The notes under the pieces are model-generated. The model was given only the letters and a program-made list of their open reading frames with translations, did not search any database and was not told where the DNA came from. The translations under genes and the position numbers were made by a program. A DNA stretch of 32,000 nt from Candidatus Lokiarchaeum ossiferum (GTDB lineage Archaea > Asgardarchaeota > Lokiarchaeia > Sigyniarchaeales > Promethearchaeaceae): assembly GCA_025839675.1 (NCBI GenBank), contig CP104013.1:1200001-1232000 (forward strand), in the 5' to 3' direction. Below, one piece after another: positions 1 to 9,245 of the stretch (position 1 is its first letter; each line of letters opens with the position of its first letter).

Positions 1-60
1 CAGATAAAAAGTGAAGATATTAAAATATTGATGCTCAAGTCAAGACAAAATTTCTTACAA

Positions 61-1011
61 TTAATCAGAATCTTGAATATTGGATTCCCAAATCGGTTTG
101 AAATTCATCATTTTTTCCATGGAACATTTGGGACATTGAAAGAGATCCGCCGAGGTCTCATAGTACATCGTGGATCGTAAAAAACGCATTTTGGTTCCAC
201 ATTCACGACATATTTCATGATCTGCTTTCTGATTCTGCACATTAGACTCATTCTCCATAATTGGTGTGGTCATGGGAACAAGTTCATGAGTATCATCAAT
301 CACAAAAAAACTATAAGTTGCTGAAGGATTAAGATTCAATTCTAGAGGTACTTCAACGAGCTGACGTTTTTTTTCCAAACCTTGCACTTCAAACGAAAGT
401 TCTTTAACCTGTCCCTTAAACTTTTGATGGAGAGATTGAATAATTTCCATAGGATAAGGTATTTCCTTGGAAAAATAATTGTGGATGAGAAAGTCACGAA
501 TTTCTTGCCCTTTGATTAAAACTGAGTGGCATTGATCACAAAGAGAAAAATCAATACTTTTCTCGAGGGTCTGACATGAAGAACAATAACTAAATTGAGA
601 CACATCGATTAAATCTAAGACTTCCACCATGTTCTTTTTTATTTCTTGAAAATTTTCTTGTAACTCATTCAATTTAGAAACGGAGGAAATGATTTTTGGG
701 AGATCTTCTTCTCCAAAATCAGTAATTTTATTCAATGAAGAATTAGTCTGGAAGATGGAGGCTTTTATTAGCAAGATTAAATGATTTATATGAGATTCTG
801 CTTGAGAATACGATACATTTTTAGGTTTATTGGAAGTATCTACTTGAGTAAAAATAGGAAATGACGCAGAAATTTGACCTACAATTTGAATAATTTGAGC
901 AACCCAATGATCAATCAAATTTTTCGGTGAAGTTTTTTGCTCAGACATAGAAATTTGACTCTCGGGAAAATCTTCAATGGAATTTATCTGAGTATTTTTT
1001 TGGGGTGCCAT
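61..1011 (-). CDS. hypothetical protein with two four-Cys zinc-ribbon motifs
   Basis: 316-aa ORF. CSSC-x11-CDQC sits mid-protein and CREC-x21-CPKC near the C-terminus, separated by a K/E/Q-rich helical-looking segment. No family recognised. Confidence 0.5.
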   Translation of the reverse strand: MAPQKNTQINSIEDFPESQISMSEQKTSPKNLIDHWVAQIIQIVGQISASFPIFTQVDTSNKPKNVSYSQAESHINHLILLIKASIFQTNSSLNKITDFGEEDLPKIISSVSKLNELQENFQEIKKNMVEVLDLIDVSQFSYCSSCQTLEKSIDFSLCDQCHSVLIKGQEIRDFLIHNYFSKEIPYPMEIIQSLHQKFKGQVKELSFEVQGLEKKRQLVEVPLELNLNPSATYSFFVIDDTHELVPMTTPIMENESNVQNQKADHEICRECGTKMRFLRSTMYYETSADLFQCPKCSMEKMMNFKPIWESNIQDSD

Positions 1012-1134
1012 AGCCTATCACAGGATAATTTAAAAAAAAGAAAAAAATGGGGGAATTTCAACCAAATTCATCCCATCATTAAATTCTTTGGTGAATTCTG
1101 ACGAATTCACAGCATTTTGGTAATAGTTTGGGGA

Positions 1135-1341
1135 CTAAATATAATATTGTGGTTTTCGTTTGTTTATTTCGATTATTTTTTGTAATCGAACCAATTTTTT
1201 AAATTCACGTATTTCTTCTTCCAATAAACTTTCTACGACAAAGTCATCAAGTTCTTCAATTTCATCCCAATGTGAGGATTCATCGTAGCACGTGAGATCA
1301 TTAGAATTTTGATTATTCTCCTTGCGCAACAGAAGACACAT
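1135..1341 (-). CDS. small acidic hypothetical protein (68 aa)
   Basis: ORF co-directional with and 123 nt upstream of the 61-1011 gene. Amphipathic acidic/basic composition. No motif recognised, so it may be spurious. Confidence 0.25.
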   Translation of the reverse strand: MCLLLRKENNQNSNDLTCYDESSHWDEIEELDDFVVESLLEEEIREFKKLVRLQKIIEINKRKPQYYI

Positions 1342-1687
1342 CCTAATAGCTCAATCAATGATTTTGTGAATTCTCATGATTTAACTGCTAAATATGATTG
1401 AAGAATTTTTTTACTTATGGGAGATTATTAAGAATAATTCCAAGAAATATTTTCTATCAATTCACCAAAAAGTCAAAAGAAGAGATTACGGATTACAACA
1501 ACGGAAAACACATTTTCAACGGGCAAAATTTGTAAAAAGAAAATTTAATTCAGAATTTATCAATGTTTTTCCTCAAGGTTAAATTATTTTCTTACATAAA
1601 AGGTTGAACGGGTTCCGTAGAGTGTTTTGATAACAAAAATTGCAAAAAGAATAAAAAAACTTTAATGTAGATGACTTTTAATAAAAT

Positions 1688-2902
1688 ATGAGAAATTTGG
1701 TTGAAATCTATGAATTTTCCGATGATGGTGCTTGGTGTTGGTTTCAAGATCCCAGAGCAATCTTTATTAGAGGCATTTTTACCAAAACCTATGCTCAATG
1801 GATGACTCGAAAGGGAAAATTGCAATGTGGATCTTTCAACCATGAAACTAAAGAGATTAAAACTTTCACTTTAAAAAAAAACTGGGATAGAGACGATCAT
1901 AATGTTGGATCGTTTCTGATTCTTCCTGATAATCGAATTATGGCCTTCTATGCCCGTCATGACAAACCGGGATTATATTCGCGTACTACCGTGAATCCAG
2001 AAGATATTTCTCTATGGGAGGAGGAAGTAACTGTCTGCAAACAACGAAAGGTAACCTATTCTCATCCGGTTTATCTTCATTCGGAAAAATTATTTTTTGT
2101 ATTCTGGCGAGGAGAATCCTGGAAACCCACCTATAGCACCTCAAAGGATGGGAAAATGTGGAATTCCCCACAAGTTTTAATCCAAGACGAAGGAAGAAGT
2201 AAAAGATCTATTCGTCCATATACCAAAATATATTCAAATGGAAAGCGAATAATTCATCTTATTTTTACTGACGGGCATCCCCGAAATGAATCACAGAATT
2301 CTATTTATTATTTACAATATAAAAACGGTAAATTTCGCAAATTGAATGGAGATGTGATGGAAGTGACCGCAAACAACCCTATCCCCCACAGTAATTGTGA
2401 CAAATTGTACGATGGATCTTTAACCAACGTACGTGCATGGATATGGGATATAATGACTGATGATAAGGATCACCCTTATGTATTATATACCCGATTACCA
2501 TCTAAAACCGATCACCGATATCATTTTACCCGTTGGGATGGACATCAATGGTTAGACCAAGAATTGGTGAAAGCAGGTAGATGGTTCCCTCAAAGTTTTA
2601 TCTCCAAATTTGAACTAGAACCTCATTATTCTGGGGGAATGGTGTTTAATCAACAAAATCCAAACATAATTTATCTCTCCCGACAAATTAAATCTAATTT
2701 TGAGATTGAGAAATGGGAAACGAAAAATTTAGGACACACTTGGATTTCGACCCAACTTACAGCAGATTCAAAAAATATGAATGTTAGACCAGTTTTTCCG
2801 CGAGGTTATGATCAAAATACCGATCATATCCTGTGGATGCATGGAAAATACCGGTACTTCAAATTCTTTTACAATACCAAAATTAATTTACTGAAAGGTT
2901 GA
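1688..2902 (+). CDS. BNR_4-family (sialidase-like beta-propeller) protein, no signal peptide
   Basis: The N-terminal DDGAWCWFQDPRA, then DDHNVGSFLILPDNRIMAFYARH and repeated W/Y-rich strands, match my recollection of the BNR_4 (PF15892-type) family, which is mostly bacterial. Confidence 0.55.
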   Translation: MRNLVEIYEFSDDGAWCWFQDPRAIFIRGIFTKTYAQWMTRKGKLQCGSFNHETKEIKTFTLKKNWDRDDHNVGSFLILPDNRIMAFYARHDKPGLYSRTTVNPEDISLWEEEVTVCKQRKVTYSHPVYLHSEKLFFVFWRGESWKPTYSTSKDGKMWNSPQVLIQDEGRSKRSIRPYTKIYSNGKRIIHLIFTDGHPRNESQNSIYYLQYKNGKFRKLNGDVMEVTANNPIPHSNCDKLYDGSLTNVRAWIWDIMTDDKDHPYVLYTRLPSKTDHRYHFTRWDGHQWLDQELVKAGRWFPQSFISKFELEPHYSGGMVFNQQNPNIIYLSRQIKSNFEIEKWETKNLGHTWISTQLTADSKNMNVRPVFPRGYDQNTDHILWMHGKYRYFKFFYNTKINLLKG

Positions 2903-2913
2903 GAATTCAAGAT

Positions 2914-2934
2914 AAAAAATTTTTGCAAAAAATT
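2914..2934. terminator. near-palindromic A6T5-GC-A6T2 element between convergent gene ends; possible bidirectional oligo-T terminator
   Basis: aaaaaatttttgcaaaaaatt lies between the stop of 1688-2902 (+) and the stop of 2954-3742 (-). It gives a T-run on both strands. Confidence 0.3.
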
Positions 2935-2953
2935 ATACGAAAACATGCGTAAT

Positions 2954-3742
2954 TTAAAACAAATAGGACATCACGTCATTAACAAATTTCACTTCCGATT
3001 CTAACCAAGCCGGATATTCTATGGGATGTGTTCCGATCATTTTCTTATTTCGCAAATACACAAATCGAAATGCTTCAATGATGATATTTTTTGCATAAGG
3101 GATGTAAGTTTCCACTTTGGCTTTAATACGTTCAGTTAAGGCGATTAAGAGAGAATTCAATACAGAAAATTCAATTTGACTTTTAGATTGTAAGAAAACC
3201 CGATTACGCTTTTCATCATAATAGAAATCTTCAGAATTATCCATTTCTACCGAACGAAGAATGTAAGAGATTTGGGTGAGAATTTCTTGACTCAAAGCAG
3301 ATTCGATGTAGTTTTCTAAATCATCAAAAATTTGAGAATATACTTCGAGTAAAATATTGCGCTGATTCTGGATATCATCCACAGCTAACACACGCTGAAT
3401 GGTTCGGATAAAATTTTTTTTTTGAACCGGTTTAACCAGATAGTCTTTCGCCCCATTATGCAATGCATTAATTACGGTCTCTTGTTCATCCAAGGCACTT
3501 AACATTACGATTTTCGCAGCGGGATCTTTCTTAATAATCGCTTCGATTGCATCTAATCCGTTCATTTCAGGCATAACAACATCGCAGATCATCAAATCTG
3601 GTTTTAATTCAAAATATTTTGCAATAGCTTCCTTTCCATTAGCAGCTTCCCCGACGACATCATATTCAAATTCTTTTAATAAGTTTCTAACCAATTGACG
3701 CATAAATAAGGCATCATCGACAATTAAGATTTTCGCAGCCAT
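2954..3742 (-). CDS. CheY-like receiver (REC) domain protein with an unrecognised ~140-aa C-terminal domain
   Basis: N-terminus KILIVDDALFMRQLV...DLMICDVVMPEMNG...VMLSA...DYLVKP is a canonical REC domain. Residues ~122-262 match no family I recognise. Last gene of the che cluster, 10 nt after cheD. Confidence 0.85.
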   Translation of the reverse strand: MAAKILIVDDALFMRQLVRNLLKEFEYDVVGEAANGKEAIAKYFELKPDLMICDVVMPEMNGLDAIEAIIKKDPAAKIVMLSALDEQETVINALHNGAKDYLVKPVQKKNFIRTIQRVLAVDDIQNQRNILLEVYSQIFDDLENYIESALSQEILTQISYILRSVEMDNSEDFYYDEKRNRVFLQSKSQIEFSVLNSLLIALTERIKAKVETYIPYAKNIIIEAFRFVYLRNKKMIGTHPIEYPAWLESEVKFVNDVMSYLF

Positions 3743-3752
3743 TCATATCACC

Positions 3753-4268
3753 TTAGATTTTTTTCATATCCTTACCGATTTTTTTAACAATGAGAACCCC
3801 ATTATCACAATTGAAGAGGATGGTTCTGCCCTTATCACCCAAGCAATCTTCGGCTTTGAGGGGAATTTTATGTTCTTCTAGCATTGCTTTTACCGCTTCA
3901 ACATTTCGTTTGCCAACATCAAAACGAGAGAAATTAAACATTTGAGCCCCTCCAGCAATTTTTGCAATGATTCGCGTTTTTTTGGCCCCCGCTTTTTCCA
4001 TATAATCAATCAATAGTGGTACTGCGGTGTTAGCAAATTTCCCTGGATTAAATTTCTTGTGATTTCGAATCGCATTACTGTCAGGCAACATGATGTGACT
4101 TAACCCTCCAATTTTAGTTATGGGATCCCATAAAGCAATTCCAACACATGAACCAAGTCCAACAGTTATTAACAATGTATCTGCTTTGCCAAGACTCATT
4201 TCAGAAATACCAATGGTGATTCGATTCGATTTTTGAGTTTGAACTGTTGTTGTAGACATTTTTTCCAT
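3753..4268 (-). CDS. cheD: chemoreceptor glutamine deamidase CheD
   Basis: 171 aa with GLGSCVGIALWDP (catalytic Cys) and GLSHIMLP (His), typical of CheD. Sits 6 nt downstream of the CheC-containing gene. Confidence 0.85.
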   Translation of the reverse strand: MEKMSTTTVQTQKSNRITIGISEMSLGKADTLLITVGLGSCVGIALWDPITKIGGLSHIMLPDSNAIRNHKKFNPGKFANTAVPLLIDYMEKAGAKKTRIIAKIAGGAQMFNFSRFDVGKRNVEAVKAMLEEHKIPLKAEDCLGDKGRTILFNCDNGVLIVKKIGKDMKKI

Positions 4269-4274
4269 CCCCGT

Positions 4275-5927
4275 TTAGAGCCCCATTTCTGATAACATAC
4301 TTGTAATTGATTCTGGAATTGGTAATATCAAAATATATCCTTCAATTTTCTTTTTCTCCACAATGATATCAGTGTTCAAAATTAAGGCAGTATCAACTTT
4401 TTCTTCCAATTCGATTTGGATAAAATCAATGACAGATCCAAGCATATCATAAGCCAAACTTGGAGGGCTAGGAATCATATGCAGCCCGGTAAATTCCGAT
4501 AGAGCGGTCAAATAATGACTTCCTAAAATATTCGCAATTTCCATCAATGCAGATTCATCCATCTGGCCTAAAGGCTCATTCGTTTCTAATTCCTCTTCAG
4601 GACGTTCTTGAAACAATAATTGATCGGATAATCTCAATGCGCTGGATTTCTTAAACACCAGCATCATATACATTGATACATCTCCTTCAACACCCAAATA
4701 GATGGCAATGGTCAACTGATCAGAACCCCCAAGTTTTTCTGAGAGAAATTCAGTAGGAACAACATCTACCCGAGGCACTGAGATATCAACCCGTTTATCG
4801 ATCATGGTGGAAAGGGCCGTTGCCGCATTTCCAGCTCCAATGTTTCCAATTTCTTGAATTAAGCTTCTTTGCATCTCATCTAAATCTTCGAAAGTTGTGT
4901 CCCGTTTTGTTGTAATGTTATCATATTGTGCATCCGGCAAGACTAATTTTCCTAAGGGAACTTCTTTTGGAGTTTCCAGAGTGATTTGAGGAGTATCAGT
5001 CTTTTTCCGAACGATCACACGTTTTACTTTTCTTTTCTTTGGTTGAACATCCACTTTTGAGTCAGTAGTATTGATTTTTAGTGCTTCAACATTTGAAGAA
5101 ACAGCAACTTTTGGTGATAAATCCATGGAAATTTTTGGTTGCTCTGATTTTGAATTAAAATTGATATTTAATGTGGAATCTTGACTTTGACGAATTTTTT
5201 CGATTATTTCCATTTGGCGTTCCTTAAAGGTATCATCAATTTTAGTTGATTTACTATTTGTTTGAGTAGTGAGCTTTGCCTGGAGGGTCGAGAGAATATC
5301 ATCTTTCTGTAAATCTTTCATTTTGAGAATTTCTGCTCGTATCTTTTCCCGCTCTTCATTTAACATCGTGGCTTTTCTTTCAACAATGCGCTTTATAATC
5401 GATTCTTCCTTTTGTTTGGCGACTAAATTAAGTACTTTGGCAATATCAAGTAACAGAATAAAATCAGAATCTCCATGAGCCTTATTAGCAGAAAAACTTG
5501 ATTCTTCAAAATTTTGACCTGTTTCGTTAAGTCCCAATCCCACCAAATAATTGGCATCAATATTATTGACAAGATAACGAGGTCTTGGCTCAATATTATG
5601 GGAAGAGAGAAGCATTACTTCTGAAACGGAATCAACCACCAAGCCAGAGATTTCATCACCAAACTCAACGATTAATACCCTCCCATCCTCTTTATATTCT
5701 GTCACATCAAAACTCAAACGTTTCCGAAGGTTTACAACAGGAATGATTTGACCTCTGAGGTTGATGACGCCCATAATATAATCTGGACAATTTGGAACTC
5801 GTGTAATATCATCCAATCGGATGATATCCCGAATCTGATAAACATCGATTCCAAAATTTATATTCTCAATCTGAAATCGGACTATTGGAATTTCCGCCAT
5901 CATTATTTGCGAATCTTTTATTGACAT
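4275..5927 (-). CDS. CheW domain - K/E/S-rich linker - CheC phosphatase domain fusion protein
   Basis: aa ~10-170 are CheW-like (FGIDVYQIRDI...INLRGQIIPVVNLRKRL...LLLDIAKV). aa ~345-550 are CheC-like with two copies of the S-x3-E-x2-N-x22-P active-site motif (S355..P385 and S459..P489). Confidence 0.85.
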   Translation of the reverse strand: MSIKDSQIMMAEIPIVRFQIENINFGIDVYQIRDIIRLDDITRVPNCPDYIMGVINLRGQIIPVVNLRKRLSFDVTEYKEDGRVLIVEFGDEISGLVVDSVSEVMLLSSHNIEPRPRYLVNNIDANYLVGLGLNETGQNFEESSFSANKAHGDSDFILLLDIAKVLNLVAKQKEESIIKRIVERKATMLNEEREKIRAEILKMKDLQKDDILSTLQAKLTTQTNSKSTKIDDTFKERQMEIIEKIRQSQDSTLNINFNSKSEQPKISMDLSPKVAVSSNVEALKINTTDSKVDVQPKKRKVKRVIVRKKTDTPQITLETPKEVPLGKLVLPDAQYDNITTKRDTTFEDLDEMQRSLIQEIGNIGAGNAATALSTMIDKRVDISVPRVDVVPTEFLSEKLGGSDQLTIAIYLGVEGDVSMYMMLVFKKSSALRLSDQLLFQERPEEELETNEPLGQMDESALMEIANILGSHYLTALSEFTGLHMIPSPPSLAYDMLGSVIDFIQIELEEKVDTALILNTDIIVEKKKIEGYILILPIPESITSMLSEMGL

Positions 5928-5946
5928 TTTTATTCGACCTATTTAT

Positions 5947-7050
5947 TTAATTTTTCTTTCTTTGTTCTTTCTTATTCAATTTCCTAATAAACGTTATAAT
6001 ATGTTGTGGAATATCATAGAGGGGAGCCACCATATCGGCGTACGGAGCAGCCATCTTGGGCATACCAAATACAACGGAGGTAGATTCATCTTCGGTAATG
6101 ACATACCCTCCCACATTCTTGATCAGATTGGATCCTCTTGATCCATCGCGACCCATTCCAGTTAAGACTACTCCCACAATATTGTTTGGGAAAATAGCCG
6201 CTGCTGATTCAAATAAATAATCTGCATTGGGTCTGACCCCGAGCATTTTTTCGCGTTCATCTAATTGAATACGAAAAAGGGGAAACTTACTTTTGGGATC
6301 TTTGACTATTGTCATATGAAAATCTCCAGGGGCAACATAAACATGGCCATTTTGTATAATTTCATCCTGACGGGCTTCAGAAACGGGTAAAATTGATAAT
6401 GAATTTAACCTATCTGCAAATGATTTTGTAAAACCTGATTGCATGTGTTGAACGACTAAGATAGGACAGTCAATATTAATAGGTAGATTTGGAATCACTT
6501 CTACCAAAGCTCGAGGCCCCCCTGTAGAAGAGGCAATAACTAAGATTTTCTCAATAAATTGATTGGTACTCCTATTGGAGGATGAAGGTTGAAATGATAT
6601 AGGACCACGAGAAATAGCTTGAATCTTACGTATTTTTGCTTGTACTGCTGATCTTAATTTGTTTAATATCTCCACTCGAATAGAGTTTAAATCTAACGAA
6701 ATTTCACCGCTTGGCTTGGGAACAAAATCAATCGCACCTAATTCAATAGCTTTAAATGTTGATTGTGCTTCTTTCTGACTGTAGGCACTCAGCATTATGA
6801 CAGGTCGGGGATATTTGTTCATGATATTATACAATGCTTCCAATCCATTCATAATGGGCATTTCAATATCGAGCGTTACTACATCAGGATTATAGATACG
6901 CACTTTGTCAAGCGCTTCATTTCCATTACGTGCTGTTGCAATCACTTTAAACTGAGGATCTGAATTTATTAAATCCGAGATTATTTTCCTCATAAATACC
7001 GAATCATCAACAACCAACACGTTATACATTTTCAATCTCCATTTTTTCAC
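5947..7050 (-). CDS. cheB: protein-glutamate methylesterase CheB (REC + methylesterase)
   Basis: REC domain (VLVVDDSVFMRK...VVTLDIEMPIMNG) plus esterase motifs ASSTGGP, VVQHM and GMGRDG. The start may instead be the internal Met at 7029 (MYNVLVVDD). Confidence 0.9.
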   Translation of the reverse strand: MKKWRLKMYNVLVVDDSVFMRKIISDLINSDPQFKVIATARNGNEALDKVRIYNPDVVTLDIEMPIMNGLEALYNIMNKYPRPVIMLSAYSQKEAQSTFKAIELGAIDFVPKPSGEISLDLNSIRVEILNKLRSAVQAKIRKIQAISRGPISFQPSSSNRSTNQFIEKILVIASSTGGPRALVEVIPNLPINIDCPILVVQHMQSGFTKSFADRLNSLSILPVSEARQDEIIQNGHVYVAPGDFHMTIVKDPKSKFPLFRIQLDEREKMLGVRPNADYLFESAAAIFPNNIVGVVLTGMGRDGSRGSNLIKNVGGYVITEDESTSVVFGMPKMAAPYADMVAPLYDIPQHIITFIRKLNKKEQRKKN

Positions 7051-7066
7051 AAGTTTTTACTCTAAA

Positions 7067-9196
7067 TTAAAAAAGCGAACTAACATCAATTATAAGAGCC
7101 ACTTTTCCATCACCCAAAATTGCTCCACCGGAAACACCTTTAACACCTTTTAGCATTCCTCCCAGTGTTTTAATAACAATTTCTTGTTGCCCAATAAGAT
7201 TATCTACCAATAAACCAACTTCCATTCCACCCCTTTCAATTACAATGATGGTTTTCATCGGAAGTGTGTCTAATTCTTTATCTTTTTCATTTTGGTTTTT
7301 GAATTGGACCAATTCACGGAGTCTCACAATGGACACAATTTTACCAAGGATAGTAATAACTTCCTTATTTTTAATCGTCCGAATTTCCTCTTCATGAATT
7401 ACAATTGTGCGAACGACATTATTAATGGGAATTGCATAGGTTTCTTCATGATCGAACTGTTTAGCACCCAAACTCACCAGAAGAGATTTGATTATTGCAA
7501 CCGTCAACGGCAATTTCAATCGAAAAGTAGATCCTTTGCCCATTTTGGACTCAACATCTACAATACCACCTAACGCTTCAATTTTTTGCTTGACAACACC
7601 TAACCCCACACCCCTGCCACTAATTTCAGATAACTTGTCGGCCGTACTGATCCCCCCCCCTAATAATAAACGTTTGGAGTCGTAATCCGTCATCTTTTCC
7701 GCATCTTCAGCGGTAATTAAGTGTTTTTCGAGCGCTTTTTCTTTGATTTTGTTAAAATCAATTCCTTTCCCATCATCAGAAATTTCAATAACAACGTAAT
7801 TTTTATCCCGATACGCAAGCAATTTCAAGGAAGCGATCTGATTCTTTCCAATCTTTTCACGTTCATCAGGCATTTCAATTCCATGATCAATTGAATTGCG
7901 CAGTAAATGAACAATAGGGTCTCCAATTTGATCAATAATTGTTCGATCTAATTCAATATCTCGCCCTTCCATGGAAAAATCAATCAACTTCCCTAAAGAC
8001 TTGGTTAAATCGCGTACCATGCGAGGAAAACGATCAAAAATATGAGAGACTGGAATCATTCGCATTTGTAGTACTTCTTCCTGCAAATCGAAGGTAATCC
8101 TATTGATTAAATTTAAAGTTTCATTTAATTCAGCAATATTATAAGTTTGAGCGACTTTGTCTAATCGGATTTTGGAAATCAATAATTCCCCAGTCATATT
8201 CATGAGGTTATCAAGATGTTTGATGGAGACCTTTACATTTTGAACGGAAAAATCTTTATCTTTCGACGTTTTATTGGATTTATTCTTCTTTTCTACAGCC
8301 GTTTCCGAAGATAACGATTTCTTCAACAATAATATATCAACTGTCTCAACAGCTGCCACACTTTCAATATCTTGCTGCAAATATTTGATTTTTTTATCAT
8401 TATCAATGAACACAATAATACTAAATTCCGTCCCAAAGTTTTCTTCCTTGAGATCCGCTTCATCCGGAATCATTCGATAGATTGTGCCAAAATCTTTCAC
8501 CTTTTTAACACACAAATAGGCTCGAGCATATTTCATCTCTGTTTTTTCAAATAACTTGATCTGAACCAGATAAACTGACTTGTTTTCTTGGGTTATTTTA
8601 TTAATTGCTACAATATCCTCATCTATCAACATCAATTCATCCGCAAACTGATCGAGCAATTCTTCAGTACTATTAATTTGCGGTATTGTGTCGAGCGCCT
8701 CAAAGTTGCTTGATATCTCTTCAACCTCGCCTTCCCCTTTTGATTCGGATATTAATGGTTCATCATCAGTATTTTCATCACCATTTTTTTCAGAATCATG
8801 TTTACTCGAAAGCTTGTTGATATAGGCATCGAGTTTGTTTAAAATGCCACTATAATCGACACTCGATTCATCACCATTCTCAATTTCCCCAATCGAATTG
8901 TCAAGAACATCCCGACATTCAAACAGCAGACTCGTCGTCTCTAAATCTGCCAGATGCCCTTGATTTTTAATAATATCCATAATATTTTCCATTTGATGGG
9001 TAAGGTGTGCAAAATCATTAAAACCCATTGTGGCCGCCATACCTTTCATCGTATGCGCCGTACGGAACATATCTTCTACATATTGCAGGTTCCCAGGATC
9101 TTTTTCCAAGGCAAGAATCTGTCTATCCAATTCCTCTAACCGATCCTTACTTTCTTCCAGAAAAAGGTCTTTATATTTGTCCATATTTTGTCCCAT
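7067..9196 (-). CDS. cheA: chemotaxis histidine kinase CheA
   Basis: Hpt (FRTAHTMKGMAATMGF), dimerisation region, HATPase boxes (HLLRNSIDHGIE, DDGKGID, SGRGVGLGVV) and a C-terminal CheW-like P5 domain. Confidence 0.92.
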   Translation of the reverse strand: MGQNMDKYKDLFLEESKDRLEELDRQILALEKDPGNLQYVEDMFRTAHTMKGMAATMGFNDFAHLTHQMENIMDIIKNQGHLADLETTSLLFECRDVLDNSIGEIENGDESSVDYSGILNKLDAYINKLSSKHDSEKNGDENTDDEPLISESKGEGEVEEISSNFEALDTIPQINSTEELLDQFADELMLIDEDIVAINKITQENKSVYLVQIKLFEKTEMKYARAYLCVKKVKDFGTIYRMIPDEADLKEENFGTEFSIIVFIDNDKKIKYLQQDIESVAAVETVDILLLKKSLSSETAVEKKNKSNKTSKDKDFSVQNVKVSIKHLDNLMNMTGELLISKIRLDKVAQTYNIAELNETLNLINRITFDLQEEVLQMRMIPVSHIFDRFPRMVRDLTKSLGKLIDFSMEGRDIELDRTIIDQIGDPIVHLLRNSIDHGIEMPDEREKIGKNQIASLKLLAYRDKNYVVIEISDDGKGIDFNKIKEKALEKHLITAEDAEKMTDYDSKRLLLGGGISTADKLSEISGRGVGLGVVKQKIEALGGIVDVESKMGKGSTFRLKLPLTVAIIKSLLVSLGAKQFDHEETYAIPINNVVRTIVIHEEEIRTIKNKEVITILGKIVSIVRLRELVQFKNQNEKDKELDTLPMKTIIVIERGGMEVGLLVDNLIGQQEIVIKTLGGMLKGVKGVSGGAILGDGKVALIIDVSSLF
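7652..7660 (-). repeat. G9 homopolymer (C9 on + strand) inside cheA, encoding Gly-Gly-Gly
   Basis: tga tccccccccc taa on the + strand encodes LLLGGGISTA just upstream of the G2 box. It is the longest G/C run I found in the window. Confidence 0.9.
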
Positions 9197-9245
9197 ATTC
9201 GTGCATCCTCTCTTCCATCAATGCCTACCAAAAAATATCCTGAAT

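Noticed and set aside
1394-1843. 62-aa K/R-rich plus ORF (1394-1582) and 83-aa minus ORF (1592-1843).
   Set aside because: The first is a basic low-complexity translation of an A-rich intergenic region. The second overlaps the start of the BNR_4 gene. Neither has motifs or plausible signals.
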